A stretch of 64,000 nucleotides of DNA. Origin: Xylographa opegraphella (taxonomy: Eukaryota). Location: NCBI GenBank assembly GCA_022813865.1, contig JALDZX010000006.1:124001-188000 (forward strand), written 5' to 3'. Positions 26,964 to 40,362 of the stretch are shown in pieces; the first letter of the stretch is position 1; every line of letters begins with the position of its first letter. The notes beneath the pieces are model-generated. The model saw only the letters and a program-made list of their open reading frames with translations. It was not told where the DNA came from and ran no database searches. The translations under genes were made by a program, and so were the position numbers.

Positions 26964-29209
26964 TCATGCGATATTGCCAGCCATGCCCATAAATAGAGCT
27001 TGTATAGCAAGTTGAATAGACCATAGTCCAACTTTTCGAAAACGTCGTAATCTAGCCTGGTCATCTGTTACGTCCCGCGCGAAAGCGGTGTAGGCCTATG
27101 TATGTCTTTAGCTCCATTCTATACACAATTGTCTGATCCAAAAATTACCTCTGCGGAAAGGTCATCCATAAGACCACTATCATAGAATGTCCAGCTACCA
27201 TCAAACTCACTCGCACGTTTGACTACCCGGCAATTGATTGGTATAAATGTGCTTCTCGAATTAATATATGCTACAATAGGTCGAACAAGAGCGTTGTTGA
27301 CATAAGATATGTCTCGAGTGAAGAGAGGTACGGCAGCTCGGACATCGTTTAGGTGGACTCTCAAATCCATAACAAGGAATCTCTTGTCCTCTTCGTTTCC
27401 ACTAGGTATTGTGAGTGGTATGTTTTCGCGAATGGGTTCCTCCACATCGTTATTGATTATCACGTCCGATCCATCTGCAGTACGGATTTGTTGTCGTGAA
27501 GTGACTGTCGCTTCCATTCGTTCGTAAAAGTCAGTCATGACTTTGGCAATACTTTCATGGTTGTCGGCAGGAAACATTATATCGGCTACAATATCCACAT
27601 TCCCTTGATGTATCCAAGAAAAGGGTCCATGCGCACCACGGTTCAGATGATCTATGTTGAGTCCATCTATTCGTAGTCGACTGTGCTTCTTCCAAGGACT
27701 GGCGGCTCCCTCAGCATCTTCCTGGAGAAGCTGAGATCCCGTATGTCCATGCATTTGCCGTGGATGTATGGTGAAAAGCGAGTTGTCGAAGGAGCCGGAC
27801 ATCATATTCGCTGATAGAAAGTCATAGAAGAGCCATTGCCTTCGCAGTTGGGGAAGGTCACATGAGAAAATACTAATAGAAAAAGGACGAAATTCATCGG
27901 GCTGATGTAAAGTGACTAGTAGATCCTCCATTTTGAAGGAGTCAATTTCGAAGTCCCCTGGGTTGTGCTCGTGTTTGTAAGATCTGGGATCGATATATTC
28001 TCCCGAGTAATGAACATTGGTTCTGTCGATAACACCTCGTACTCCTTTAACTTCCACATCTCGGAGAAGACCTTTACTATTGAACCACTTTGTGAAAGAC
28101 AATGTCACGTTCACAGTTTCCAAAGATAGATCGAACTGAGTGTAGTTTCCGTCATCTTCTTCAACGGCCGCAGCACTGACACCTGAGATGTTTGTTTGTT
28201 CTGCGACAGCAGTAGCTGCAGCTGCGGCCGCCGCAGTTTCCGGTGATCCTTTACTCACTTTCCCAGTGCCTTGGCCAGGTCTTCGTGACACGAAAACATT
28301 CGTGAATGTGATAACACCGTCACCCCATTTCGGCACAATCGCAGACTCGAAGACCACTTTGATCCCGGAAGATTTGGTTAGATAATTGCCTATCCATCGA
28401 GCAAGGGTTTCTTGTGCAAAAACAGTGTTCACTGCGAATATAGCTAGGGAAAAGAACGTCGTCGTCCCAAGTATTATCCATAGGACGTGTCCAACTAATA
28501 TCCATGAGAAGAACGCACCAATTTCGTCAGCATTAAACGGGCGTACGCTTCGTATTGAGAACCACTTGAACCGCACTTTGAGCCGCGACCAGAATCCTGT
28601 TGCTGCTGCGAGTAGTTCTTCCTTGCTAGGTCTATGAATATGAGGTATGCTTGGAAGACGATCGATAATATGCTTGTTCGAAACAGGTGCAGCACTTTTA
28701 CTTGGTTCTGCTGGATTCTTGGACGTCGGCGCGGGCTTGATATCCTGAGAACTTGAATTGGTTTGTCTGGAAGAGGAACTAGTGTGGCGCCGGATCGCGG
28801 ACAAGGCCCTTCTCCTGCTTCCTGTGTGCGCGAATCGCCTTGGAATGAAGCCGAGAGGGGAAGAATCTTTCCTTCGATCCCACTGAAACCCTATTAAGCC
28901 TAACCTTCCCTCTAACAACCGATTATCGTTGTCCCATATTGTTGTTACTGCACCAATACCTGGCCATCCTCGGTGGATACCAGCTTCAGCACTTCTAGCG
29001 CTCGGAGGGCTGCTGATCATGAGAGGGAACGACTGGCACGATCGACGCCGTTGTTCTCTAAGAATATCAACATTATTGTGAGTAGAGAATGCGGAGTTCC
29101 GCTGAAGTGAACCGGGCACAAGCAGTCTTTGTCGAGCGGCTGCTACTGTTCGTGGAATCAATAGAGTCCAGATCAGATTGCTCGACCGAAAAGCTACATT
29201 GCGACTCAT
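26964..29209 (-). CDS. MDM31: Mitochondrial inner-membrane morphology protein Mdm31/Mdm32
   Basis: Arg-rich presequence; FWSRLKVRFKWFSIRSVRPFNADEIGAFFSW, FESAIVPKW, DLPQLRRQWLFYDFL, YVNNALVRPIVAYIN; short last exon ..KVGLWSIQL..GNIA*. Confidence 0.92.
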
Positions 29210-29500
29210 TTCCGATCATCCATCATACTCCTGGACTAGCTGTAGCTAGATGAATCATGGCAAGGAGAAGGCACGCGACAAAATCAAGAGCGTTGTGATA
29301 ATGAACCGGCTCCATGACGATGGCTGTGAAAAGAACGATTTTAGAGTTGTTTGTCTCATTTGCACATAGCCTTGCCGCCCTGCCGGCCCGTGGGCATGCC
29401 CGCACGAACAATAATCAAAAGCTAAAAACGAAATTCATAGCGGAGTCCTATCGCGAGACCGCTACACTCCGTGGCACATCTGTTCTGACAATTTTACAAT

Positions 29501-30388
29501 ATGCCTGCACCAACAGCACTTCTCAGGCGCCCTGATGATCTTAAGGAGGCCCAGGCAACTCCACTACCACAGGATGGTGAGTAGAGAACTGCTAGAAGGG
29601 CGAGCTAGGTTTGCTAAGATGGGGATTTAGACGACGATGACTTCTTCCTTGATGTCTCGAACGCAGCACCCCCACCCAACCTTACAAGTCTCGCCTCAAG
29701 AAGCCTACAGGAGGACACCGAGATGCAGATAGATGAGGAAGGGCGGCCTAAATTCCCTCCCACCAAGAACGTAAATGGTCAACATATTTCCGAAACAAGA
29801 AAGGTTCCTATACCGCCGCACCGTATGACACCACTCAAAACTTCGTGGCCGAAAATATATCCTCCATTAGTCGAACACCTCAAATTACAGGTACGAATGA
29901 ACATAAAAAGCCGGGCAGTAGAGCTTCGGACGTCAAAGCATACAACCGACTCCGGAGCTTTACAGAAGGGGGAAGACTTTGTAAAGGCATTCAGTCTAGG
30001 ATTCGAAACTGACGATGCCATTGCGTTACTTCGACTTGACGATCTATATATAGAGACATTTGAAATAAAGGATGTAAAGACACTCAATGGGGAGCATCTA
30101 GGGCGCGCAATAGGACGCATAGCTGGAAAGGATGGCAAGACCAAGTTCGCGATAGAAAACGCAAGTCGTACAAGAGTCGTTCTGGCGGATCAGAAAATAC
30201 ATATCTTGGGAGGTTTCAGGAATATACACATCGCACGAGAAGCAATCGTGAGCTTGATACTTGGCAGTCCACCAGTGAGTTTAAGACAGTCACATCAATT
30301 CAAGGTCGTTTCCTAATCTGCTTGTAAATAGGGTAAGGTATATGGGAATCTCCGCACAGTGGCTTCACGCATGAAGGAACGATTCTAG
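29501..30388 (+). CDS. PNO1: Pre-rRNA processing KH-domain protein Pno1/Dim2, 3 exons
   Basis: MPAPTALL start; PPHRMTPLK, RAIGRIAGKDGKTKFAIEN, PGKVYGNLRTVASRMKERF*. Confidence 0.95.
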
Positions 30389-30649
30389 GCCGCCACATCT
30401 CTGCTTTTCTGCATCAGCGAGGAGTTCGTGGTTGAGGGATACAAAGAAAGAAATAATGAGCATTGCATGAGCATCATGAATTTGTAGCAGATCGGCGCAT
30501 CACTGAGGGCAATGGAAGAAGTGCATCGGCAAAACCCATCTGAGAGTACATTTGCGCCGTCGCTGATGCGGAGTGTTACACGGCTTCACGATCATATCGG
30601 ATAGTTGTGGCGACTTGTGTCCTTCGAAATAGAAGTTTGAGCTGCAAAG

Positions 30650-31493
30650 CTAATCCCTCTTGAGAGGATCAAAGACCTCTTCTATGCCATCCTTCGTGAT
30701 GACCATCATCTGTAATCCGTCTCCAACTTCAATATGCCTCTCCACGGCGCTTGTGAACGCGTCTCTCACCAGCTGCTCCACCTCATTTCTTGACTTTGGT
30801 GATGCTCCTCGCTCCTTCAAGTTGAGACCGTCTCCACTTCCTGGAACATATTGATTCTTGAAGTTGACTTGGTTATCCAAAAAAGGCATGATCAAGCTCG
30901 CGGCCGCTCCTGCTGCTCTGCACTGCTCTCTTTCGTAGGAACCAACAGGATCGTAGCTGTATAATGCCCCCTTCCCATCCTCATCAAGACCTCCAAGGAT
31001 GGCATTTGTGTAGTATGGGAAAAATCGCTTCTGGTATAGTATCGTTGCCAGTCGCTGGGCACAAGCTTTGACCGTCATTTTCTTCCCATGCTGGTATCGA
31101 TACATCTTAACAATAGCATCGAGACGTTCCTTCAAGGCCGTTCCGTCTGCTGCGAAGCCGACAACTGACAGAACAATATGTGCACCCTCGCCAGTTTCAT
31201 CGTCGCCGCCGATCTTGAAGAGTTTTGGTGTGTACCGAGAGTTGATACTGTAACCGGACGTTGATCTTGTGTCACCAGCAAGTATGGCAAAGTCGCTACC
31301 AGTAATGCCTAACGTTGATCCACCATTGTCGGCGTACCTACAATACTCAGCATCACTCCCATCGACGTCTATTTGCTACTCACGGATAAAAGCTGTGTTC
31401 TCTATTGCCGGATGTGGATGAAGTGGCTGCTTGTGAGAAGGAGTAAGTAGGGCCGGAGTTTAATATAGGGTTGGTGGTAAGGAGGGAACCCAT
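30650..31493 (-). CDS. PRE7: 20S proteasome beta-6 subunit
   Basis: HSFYPYADNGGSTLGI, LYQKRFFPYY, YSYDPVGSYERE, SAVERHIEVGDGL, PLKRD*. Confidence 0.95.
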
Positions 31494-31964
31494 CCTGACG
31501 CCTGCGATCGAAGAGTGTTCAACCGAGACTGATGGATTGTATCGAAACCTTTGGGGTGGTCACAAGCTCCGGAGACCGAAATGAATATCCTATGGTGGTG
31601 TTGTCGTGTATGACATTGACGTACTTCGTACTTCGCGAGGACGTGGAAGCTCTGCCTGAGCGCGCTTAGTCCCTACGTAAGGCTGAATTGAGCTAGTAGT
31701 CTAATTAGCGTCTATTCTGTACGACGGCCACCCCCATAACTATGTCGCATACATATACGAAAGAACTGCACATTCACGATTCGTTTACATGTTGCATGGC
31801 TTGCCATTACGGGAGAGATTGTAAGGAAGTCTTTTCACTGCTGTCTTCATGTGTACGGTTTGGCTGGGGACTTGCCCAAAGGCTCTCCAGCACTTGAATA
31901 GGATTGCTGCAATACTTGAGAATATTCGTTTGAGAAGACGTGAAGCTTCTCTGCTTCATCAATC

Positions 31965-32967
31965 TTATCTAGATACCGATCGTTTCCGCCGTCCAGGAGA
32001 TCTAGACCTAGTTTTCCATCGACTTTCTCGGTCGTCAGTTCGTGGATTCCTCCCACTGGTACTACCCCGAGAGACCAGATTGGAGGTCTGGGGAGACCTT
32101 ACCCGGTCTCTGTCCAGGCCTGCCATGACTCTCTCCGCCGCACTCCCTCGCAACCCTTTACCGATTCCAGCAGTACCCAGGGTTCCTGCTCTACTTGATG
32201 GGCCGGATACAGAGGCAGACACAAAGTCGATACTCTCCCGCTGCACTTTGGCGCGTTCCTCCTCACGCTTCTTAAGTATACTCTGCTGGGATTTTGCTAG
32301 CTCCTCTTTGTAAGCAGATGGAGTAAACCCTTCCGGGTCCCAGATATCACTCGGAAGCGTGGTGGCATATTGCTCGCTTTCGTCGACGCCAGCGAAGTTC
32401 ATCAGCTTCCTCAGCAGACTTGGGTTTTTGAGCGCTGATGATCTGGCTAGCTTCTCGTTGAAATGTATACCCTGTTTCTTCAGCTTCAAGAATTGTCCAA
32501 ACTTCTCATCCAAACCTGGTGGAGGGGACCCAGGAGGCGAATCAGGAATGTTGAAATCCGTTACTGTAGGCAAAGTGAGGTCTCTGATGAGCGCGCGATT
32601 TGCAGAATAGGGTGACTGCGGTGCTGATGCGGTTCCGGACTCTAGTAGATCGTTGGAGGGACCTATAGAGGGACCAATTTCAGGCGCTCCATTCTTCTGT
32701 GCAAGCTCGTTGGTCTTCGAATTTCCATTGGTCTTTAGTTCTAGACTTGCTTAGTGATATGTCAACTATAGGGAAAATCCGTCTTACGCCCGTCAATGTT
32801 TGTTCCTGGAGGAGTGTCTTGAGGAACTCTCCCAATCTGGTGTCTGCTTCATTAGCATGTAATGTGGAGACATGCTGGTGAAAAGACGATGGGAATACCT
32901 TCAATTGTGAGGCCTCCCCCACAGCATCATCACCATCACTGCTCCCGTAGTCTACAAGAACTGACAT
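31965..32967 (-). CDS. HCNGP/SAP30-binding-protein-like nuclear protein, multi-exon
   Basis: MSVLVDYGSSD start; IPDSPPGSPP, FLKLKKQGIHFNEKL, LKNPSLL, TTLPSDIWDP, YKEELAKSQ; RS-rich tail. Confidence 0.82.
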
Positions 32968-33230
32968 GGTGTAGCTACGGAGTATTGTAAGCGCAAATCC
33001 ACCTCGAGTGATAAACATGCAAGCCTTGTAGGGCTTCACTAGCGCGATATAAGCTACCGCCGAGACCGCGTAGACCAGGGAGCTCAAGACCGTCTTGAGC
33101 GATGAATCTGTACCTTACCTAGACAGTCCAGCTGTTTGCGAAAACCTTCTACACTGTTCCTATTTCGATTCAGCCAACAGTTTCTCATAGAAGTCCTGCT
33201 TTCATACCCAGCCTTGCACTCTTCCGAATC

Positions 33231-34138
33231 ATGAATCACCTGCCGCAAGCATGGGGTCGAGTAGGTCAACAATCCGCTGCTACTTCTAGATACAATGAGC
33301 TTAGACCTCGTAGCCCAGAGACGACATTTACGGAGCTTACGATCACTCATACCTTCAAAGCAGCGGCCCCAAGCAACACACACAGTCTCCCATCGTCACT
33401 GGTACCTCAGTCCTTGCGGTGAAATTTAAGGACGGCGTCGTTATTGCCGCAGACAACCTTGGTACGTCCCGTCTTGCTGTCTCCAGATTCTCTTCCATAA
33501 AGTCACAACTAATGTTCCTCCGTTGACCAGCTTCCTATGGCTCTCTCGCCCGCTTCACTGATGTCAAGCGGCTACGGCCTTTTAACTCTACCACCGTCAT
33601 CGGCGTCGGCGGCGATGTCTCCGATATGCAATACCTTGACCGTATGCTCAACTCCCTCGACATCTCCGAGAATTATGGCTCTGCTGGTCATGCCCTCAAC
33701 GCCAAAAATTTACACACCTATCTTGCGAAAGTGATGTACAAGCGGCGGTCGGATGTCAATCCGTTATGGAACGCCATCCTCGTCGCGGGGCTAGATGGTG
33801 ACGATAAGCCATTCCTGAGTTCTGTGGATCTATTAGGCACAACGTTTTCGTCGCCAACGCTTGCAACAGGTTATGGAGCGCATTTGGCACAGCCGCTATT
33901 GAGGAAACTCGTGGAAGATGAGGATAAAGTGAAGGACGTAACGAGGGAAGCAGCAGTGGAGGCGATAAAGCAGACGATGAAGGTGCTATTCTACAGGGAC
34001 GCGAGGAGCATGGATAAATACTCCCTGGCTGTGGTGACAAAAGAAGGAGGGGTGGAGCTGAAGGAGGATGAACAGCTTGAGGGACAAAGTTGGGCTTTTG
34101 CTGAGACGATCAGGGGGTATGGCACTCAGGTTGTTTAG
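33231..34138 (+). CDS. PRE4: 20S proteasome beta-7 subunit, 3 exons
   Basis: [70 protein letters not shown]. Confidence 0.95.
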
Positions 34139-34375
34139 GTGAGAGAATGAAATCATTTAACCTTGGCTGCATTAAGCCCCTGAAACGGAACTCTTGCATA
34201 CAATACCACAGTTGAAGATTCTAACTGGCATTACGATGACGAAAAGGAATGTAACGGATGTATCCTTTTGCGAGTTGATCGAATGTACTTTTCGTCTATG
34301 TTATGCCAAGGAGGAAAGTTTCAGACAACCTCTAGACCAATAATCTATATTCAAGGTGCGACCGACCTTCAAGCT

Positions 34376-37300
34376 CTACTTACTACTGGTATCACTCATC
34401 TGCTCTTCTTCCGAACCTTCCATCTCTTCATCCTCGTCGTCTATATCGTCATCATCATCGTCATCATCCTTTCCATCCTCTTCATCTCCTGCTTTCAGCC
34501 CGTAATCGTCCTGGAAGAATGTGAGTGGTTTGACTTCCGGTCGGAAGCCCATACTCTCGAAACCCTTGACAAGACCCTATATCTGGTTAGCGCTGTATTA
34601 GTTAAATACCCAGGAAGAACTACTGACTTCCTGCATGACAGCGGCGCATGTGACGAAGAGATTGGTAGATTCGGCCGTGAAAAGTGGCAGGAGCGTATTT
34701 CCCATGGCTTTACGGACCTCCTCTACTGTCACGTTCCTGACCCTCTTCAAGACATGATCATTCCAGTCATTCGGTAAGTCTCTAACGACCTGCCTGATAA
34801 AACTCTCGTGGGCAGAGGCTGCCATTGTAGCTTGGTTATTGGCAAAATCCAGGACAATTGAGCTAATAGCGCCCTCAAGTGCTAAAGAGTCGAAGGAGGT
34901 GGTTCCAGAAATAAATCCTTGAAGCGTATCCCTGCTTGCCTTGAATGCCTTTGATACGTCAGGGGACCGGTATATGGAGAATGTGACGTGGCCAGAGTCT
35001 ATGGAACGACTAAAGCCTGTTCCATATGCCAAGCCCGTGCCTCGAACTGCAGTCCACATAGGTCCCTCGACAGCGTCAAGATACGCCATAGCCACCCTAA
35101 GTGCAGGAACTTGAGGATCCTGCAGGCTTTGAGGGCCCTTTCCCACTGCGTATGCAAACGATGAATCGATAGCCAGCGGAGTTATGTAGGCCAAGTTACC
35201 TGGGTGCTTTCCTGCTTCGCTGAGCCTCCCAAGCCGCTTGTCAAGAGGTGCCAGCTTTCCAAAACCCGTGGTAGCGAGAGCTTCCCATGCAGACACAGGC
35301 TTCTTCAAAGTCTCAACATTGGCAATCACCAGGACTCGAAAATTGGAAACTTTGCCGATTGCCTGGCGAATCATTTCGAGCTGGGAAAGAATTGTATCGG
35401 GCTCGGTCTCAAGCAGACGTTTTACGCGTTTGAGATACAAAGCTTTAACAAGAGTATCACGAGCGCGGCCGATCGATTCGGGCGCTGTATTGGTCATCAA
35501 TGCCGCGGACCATGTCATCTACTCCGTCAGATTACTGTAATTGGTAGATTGCCCGCAGACTTACTGTGCTTCCGTCCCTCTTTTCTTCTGGTATGTCAGC
35601 CAGCAGCTTTGCCGTGGAAGCTTTGACTCTCTGTGCACTATCAGCTCATGTTGAGTCTCCATTTCTATATGAGTCCCTACCGTCGTATCGAAGATACTAT
35701 TCCAAATAAAGTCCCGCAGCCATTGTATTCCAATTTCGTATTTCTTAGCTTCAACCTGAATCGACAGACGAAGTCCTTCAGAGCATCCCAGAGAAGCACC
35801 AGTTTCCAAACTGTAGTCTACGGTATCCCTTTCTAGCTCCATAACAGCACGTTCGAACTCAATCCGTGTACCGTTACGCATAATGGGTGAAGTGAAGAAG
35901 TTATCGAGATAGATAGACAGCAATGGCCGAAGGGCTACGGGAACTGACTCGGTTCCTATAAGGATGCTGATGTGCACGAAGTTCGACTGAATGTGCTCGA
36001 AGTGTATAAAAAGGGGTAATTCTGATGGGTCTTGATCTATTATTTTCTGAATCGGATTTGACTCCATTTTCCTTGCTCCACGCGCGACGCCTGATCTTGC
36101 AGTAGTCGTTTTGATGAAATGAATAGAATTTGTGTCTGGGGTTTTGAACTTCTCCAAAATCTCTCGAGGAATCTCTTTATCATTCTCTGCTTTTGCTGCT
36201 GCCAACTTCTTTTCAAGTCTCTTGAGACCTTCTTCTCCCAACTCAGCTTTCCTTTCAGAAATACGCGACTCCTCATCTGCCTTGAGCCGTTCGGACATGG
36301 CTGCCGACGGCTTGCCCAGGATTGTAACATGAGGCGCATCTGATATCCATTTCCTGAGAAAATCCCGCCACTGCACGTCGGTCCATGACTCTAGTTCATC
36401 GAACTCCCGTAGAGTCGCTATGTTTTTCATCGTGGACTTGTTGCCAAACAAGAAGTCTGCTATTATGGAATCTGTGAAGAAGATCGCACCATTCTCAGAG
36501 GCAGACATCTGTTTCCGTCGGTGGCGCGATATACAATCCAGCATATACTCCATGTCTAGCTTCTTTTCCGTTGTTTCTTTCAGTACCTCAAAAAATCGCG
36601 CCTCGACCTCGGCCAGTTTCTCGGCGTCCACACTACTTAGTGTAAACTGTATCACGGTATTGGGACGTGTTTCCCACGAATAATAAACAGCACTAGCAAC
36701 TTGCTCTTTTTCCACAAGTATATTCTCGAGCACGGAAACAGACGATCCAGCAATATACGTCATTAATATGTTCAAAGCACCCACTGCATATTTGTCAGAT
36801 AAGGCGCAAATACCTAGACATCCAGGGCTACGTCTACTTACTACCAAGGACATCAGTACAGCTGGGACCGAAGAAGCTTATTGATATCTCCCCAGATGTT
36901 TCATCATCCTCAGGGAATTCTATTGTGTCTATAGTAGATTCCTTCAGTGGTGGAGGCTGTGGAGATTCGACCCAGGGCCGCTTGAAAGGCGTGTCTGGCT
37001 TAGGAATGTCTTCAAGTATTGTACTTTCGAAATTGTCCAGAATTGTTAGCAGATCAGAGTGATCTATCTCACCTACAAGAATGAGGCAAAGATTCTTAGG
37101 TTGATACATTTCCCGGTGAAACTGGCGTATACGGTCTGCTTGTAGAACGCGGAGTTGTTCCATCATACCACCAGTCTCATACCGGAAGCCAACACCCTCA
37201 GGGTACATTATACGCTTTGACTTCAAGTCCATGATTTCCGGTTGCGTATTCTGACATCCCTGCATCTCAGAGTAGACCACGCCGGCATCATGGCCTGTTC

Positions 37301-37736
37301 CATCCATATGGTAGACTTCCGTATAGCAACCAGCATCTGTGAGTGTGGGCACTATCACATGTTCTAAGTACACTGGTAGAATCTGAGCGAAGCCGGCCCA
37401 ACCAGCCGTATCAAGGGTGTAGCATGTGTGATCAGTTGCCGTCCACGCATTGGTGTTTGAGTAGGCCCGAGTAGCGAGCTTGTCAAGGACACCTTTGTAT
37501 GGATAGCTCTTTGAGCCCATGAAACATAGATGCTCAAGGGTATGAGGGGCGCCAGAGTCATCATGGATCTCTGTAGCAAGCGCAAAATAGCCTAGGACTT
37601 TAGGTCCTTCTTGATCAACCACAACGACTCGCATACCAGTTCGTTGGGATTCATACTGCGTGAACTGATTCGGCGAAAATTCGCTTTTGAACTTTTGCAG
37701 TGTCCGGAAATGAGTGTTAGGCTCAATTTGCGGCAT
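34376..37736 (-). CDS. M16 (insulinase family) zinc metallopeptidase, Cym1/YOL098C-like, multi-exon, acidic tail
   Basis: SGAPHTLEHLCFMGS (inverted HxxEH), TNAWTATDHT, GVVYSEMQG, YETGG, VRGTGLAYG, IYRSPD. Confidence 0.9.
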
Positions 37737-38465
37737 TCTAAAGATCTGCTTCAGAGCCTTAAGGCCGAGCTCACTTAATGATGTTATAGCTATGAACTGT
37801 GGTAGTCCGCCACGCCTGTAAGACAATTGATTAGCCCTCAATCACACAAACAGATGACTTAGCATTTGTTTAATGTGAGCACGCAGTGATGTCCAGTATA
37901 CAAGTCAACTCACCAGGAGGAAAGAGCTGAATACAGAAGGAAAGGAATTGTCAAAGCTATAAATATAATGCTTTTTCGAGCCTGGTAGTTCATGTTGAGC
38001 ACTTCTTTTGGTATACGGTACGCTTAGAAGTGAAATGCAGCCACGAACAAGCAATGACTCACCCAGCAGTAAATAAGCCGCCAACAACAACGATGGTGTT
38101 AAATAGACCCAACGGTTCCAACCTAATTTCAAGAGTTGAAGTACACGTAACAGTCTCTCATACTCCCTGTATCAGGCAAAAAATACAAATAATAGACACT
38201 GATCAACAAGTGGCGATTGTGCAGAGGCTGAGAGATAGATAGAGAACGTCACTATTCAGAGGGTACACAGAGAAACGTGAAAAATACGTCGAGGACCCAC
38301 ACTGGCCAGCACATGTAATCTATCTTACCAATTGGAAGACAATTACTGTCTTCGGGCCCCTCAGGCACGGTCAGGCTGAAGGAGCCGGACATATTTTTTA
38401 GTGTCCCTACCTTAAATTTATCCCTTGAGCTTGAGAGGATGGAGACAAGAATGAGGCTAAACCCA

Positions 38466-38496
38466 AAACGCGCTTCAGAAACCACTTTGCGCGTCG
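38466..38496. promoter_or_regulatory. Two MCB-like CGCG elements immediately upstream of POL31
   Basis: AAACGCGC and GCGCGTCG within 70 bp of the ATG of a DNA-replication gene, consistent with MBF G1/S control; neither is a perfect ACGCGT. Confidence 0.4.
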
Positions 38497-38531
38497 AATC
38501 TTTTTGTTCTCATCTGAAACAGAGCAGTGTA

Positions 38532-40362
38532 ATGGCATCTGCAGACGATCTGCTCCAGCCTCCGGGGTATACACCCCGATCAATGTCGTCAAAAATGTAC
38601 GAGCTAAGGTGGCCGCAGTCTTGGAGAATACCCTCCTTTGGAGAGATTGGCCTCCTACTACAACCCTCTACATACATTCGATCTGGCAAAAGGGGATCAA
38701 AAGCATTACCAGCAACAGTATGCCGACATCTACTTTCTACGTCTTGCCATGCTCAAACCTGCGGTAAAGCAAGCAGCCGAGACAGCGTGGGAAGATTTCG
38801 AAGTACCGATACAACACTTTACCCCCTGTCCAAGCAACGCTAAGATGAAATGCTTAGGTTGGGGGAGAGACAGTGCATCAGGTTGATCGGGTACTTGATG
38901 TTCGTCAAGGGGAGCTTTGCTGGGTTATGGGCACAATATACATGGACATGCCATTGAAGCCAAATATTTTGGATGACATTTCCAAAGATGTAAGCCGAAT
39001 CGTAACAATCAAGCTACAGCTGGTCTACTGCTGCCATGGAAGCTAATCGTGAGATTCAGCATTGGATATCGGCTCTTCCCCCAAGAGAGAAATATCGTTC
39101 TGCTGCTGGTGAAGATCAGACCATGATTGAGGATGAGTCCGGACGACTTCGACTTGTCGGAACGGGTCTGCAAAATGTTATGCTTGTGACTGGATGTATA
39201 GTTGCTGTAATGGGCACAGAGAATGCGAACGGAGAATTTGAGGTCATCGATCTGAAAATAGCGGATCTTCCTAGGCAGCCCCAACGATGGGAACGTGATG
39301 ATAGTGATGACGTCCTTGCGAATGGTAGCAATGGCAAACAAAAGTCCGATGATGCAGAATCTAGAGGCAGCGGTGGCAAGATTGCTATTGTTAGTGGGCT
39401 GGGTATTCGTGGTGATGAAGCAAATAGCCTCACTCTTGATCTACTAATGGAGTTTCTCTTAGGAGAAGCATGCGGGACGACTGAGCAACAAGATACCTGT
39501 GCGATTTCACGACTTATAATAGCAGGTAATTCACTCTCTGAAGCATCTCCTTTGCCAGCGCCAGATCAGTTCTCAGGTAAGAAGTCAAGCAAAAAATATG
39601 GCTATGACGCTTCTGCCTACAACCCGGCTCCTACGGCTCATCTAGACAACTTTCTGGCCACTTTGTTACCATCCATACCTGTGACACTTATTCCTGGAGA
39701 CTCGGACCCAGCCAACGTATCATTACCACAACAACCAATACATCCCGCAATGCTTCCACACAGTAGGGCCTATTCTGCCGTGCCTGGAGCGACCGAACCC
39801 GGATGGTTTGACAGTACGACAAACCCGTGGGAGGGAGATATTGACGGGTGGAGATTTATGGGCAACGGTGGTCAGCCACTTGACGATGTGTTCAAGTACG
39901 TAGAAGGCAATGAGAGATTAGACATGATGGAAAGCTTCCTTAAATGGAGGTGCGTGGCACCTACAGCACCGGACACTCTGTGTAAGTCTACAAAGTTTTC
40001 AATTATTGTACGATAGAGACAGTAATGGCCCAAGGTCTTGGGAATAGTATATGAACGTTCAAGACAAATTAGGAGTGGTCACAGATACAAGGCGGCTGAT
40101 AAAAGTTTTTACAGGGTGCTATCCATTCCAAGACACCGACCCTTTCGTGCTAAAGGAGTGTCCCCATGTTTTCTTCGTCGGTAATCAGCCTAAATTCGAG
40201 CAAGCAGTAATCGAGGGTCCTACAGGTCAGAGCGTATTGTTACTTGCAATACCGGTATTCAGAGACACAGGTGAAGTCGTGCTTCTCGACACGAATAATC
40301 TCAACACCGAAGTTGTCAGATTTGATGTATTTGATGATCACGAAGAAGAGTTGCTTGAATAG
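38532..40362 (+). CDS. POL31: DNA polymerase delta subunit 2
   Basis: QQYADIYFLRL, GTIYMDMPLKPNILDDI, EDESGRLRLVG, IPGDSDPANVSLPQQPIH, WRCVAPTAPDTL, CYPFQDTDPF, CPHVFFVGNQ. Confidence 0.95.

Noticed and set aside
34390..34490. (TCA/TCG)n-like trinucleotide repeats
   Set aside because: They encode the Asp/Glu-rich tail of the M16 peptidase and are not an independent repeat.
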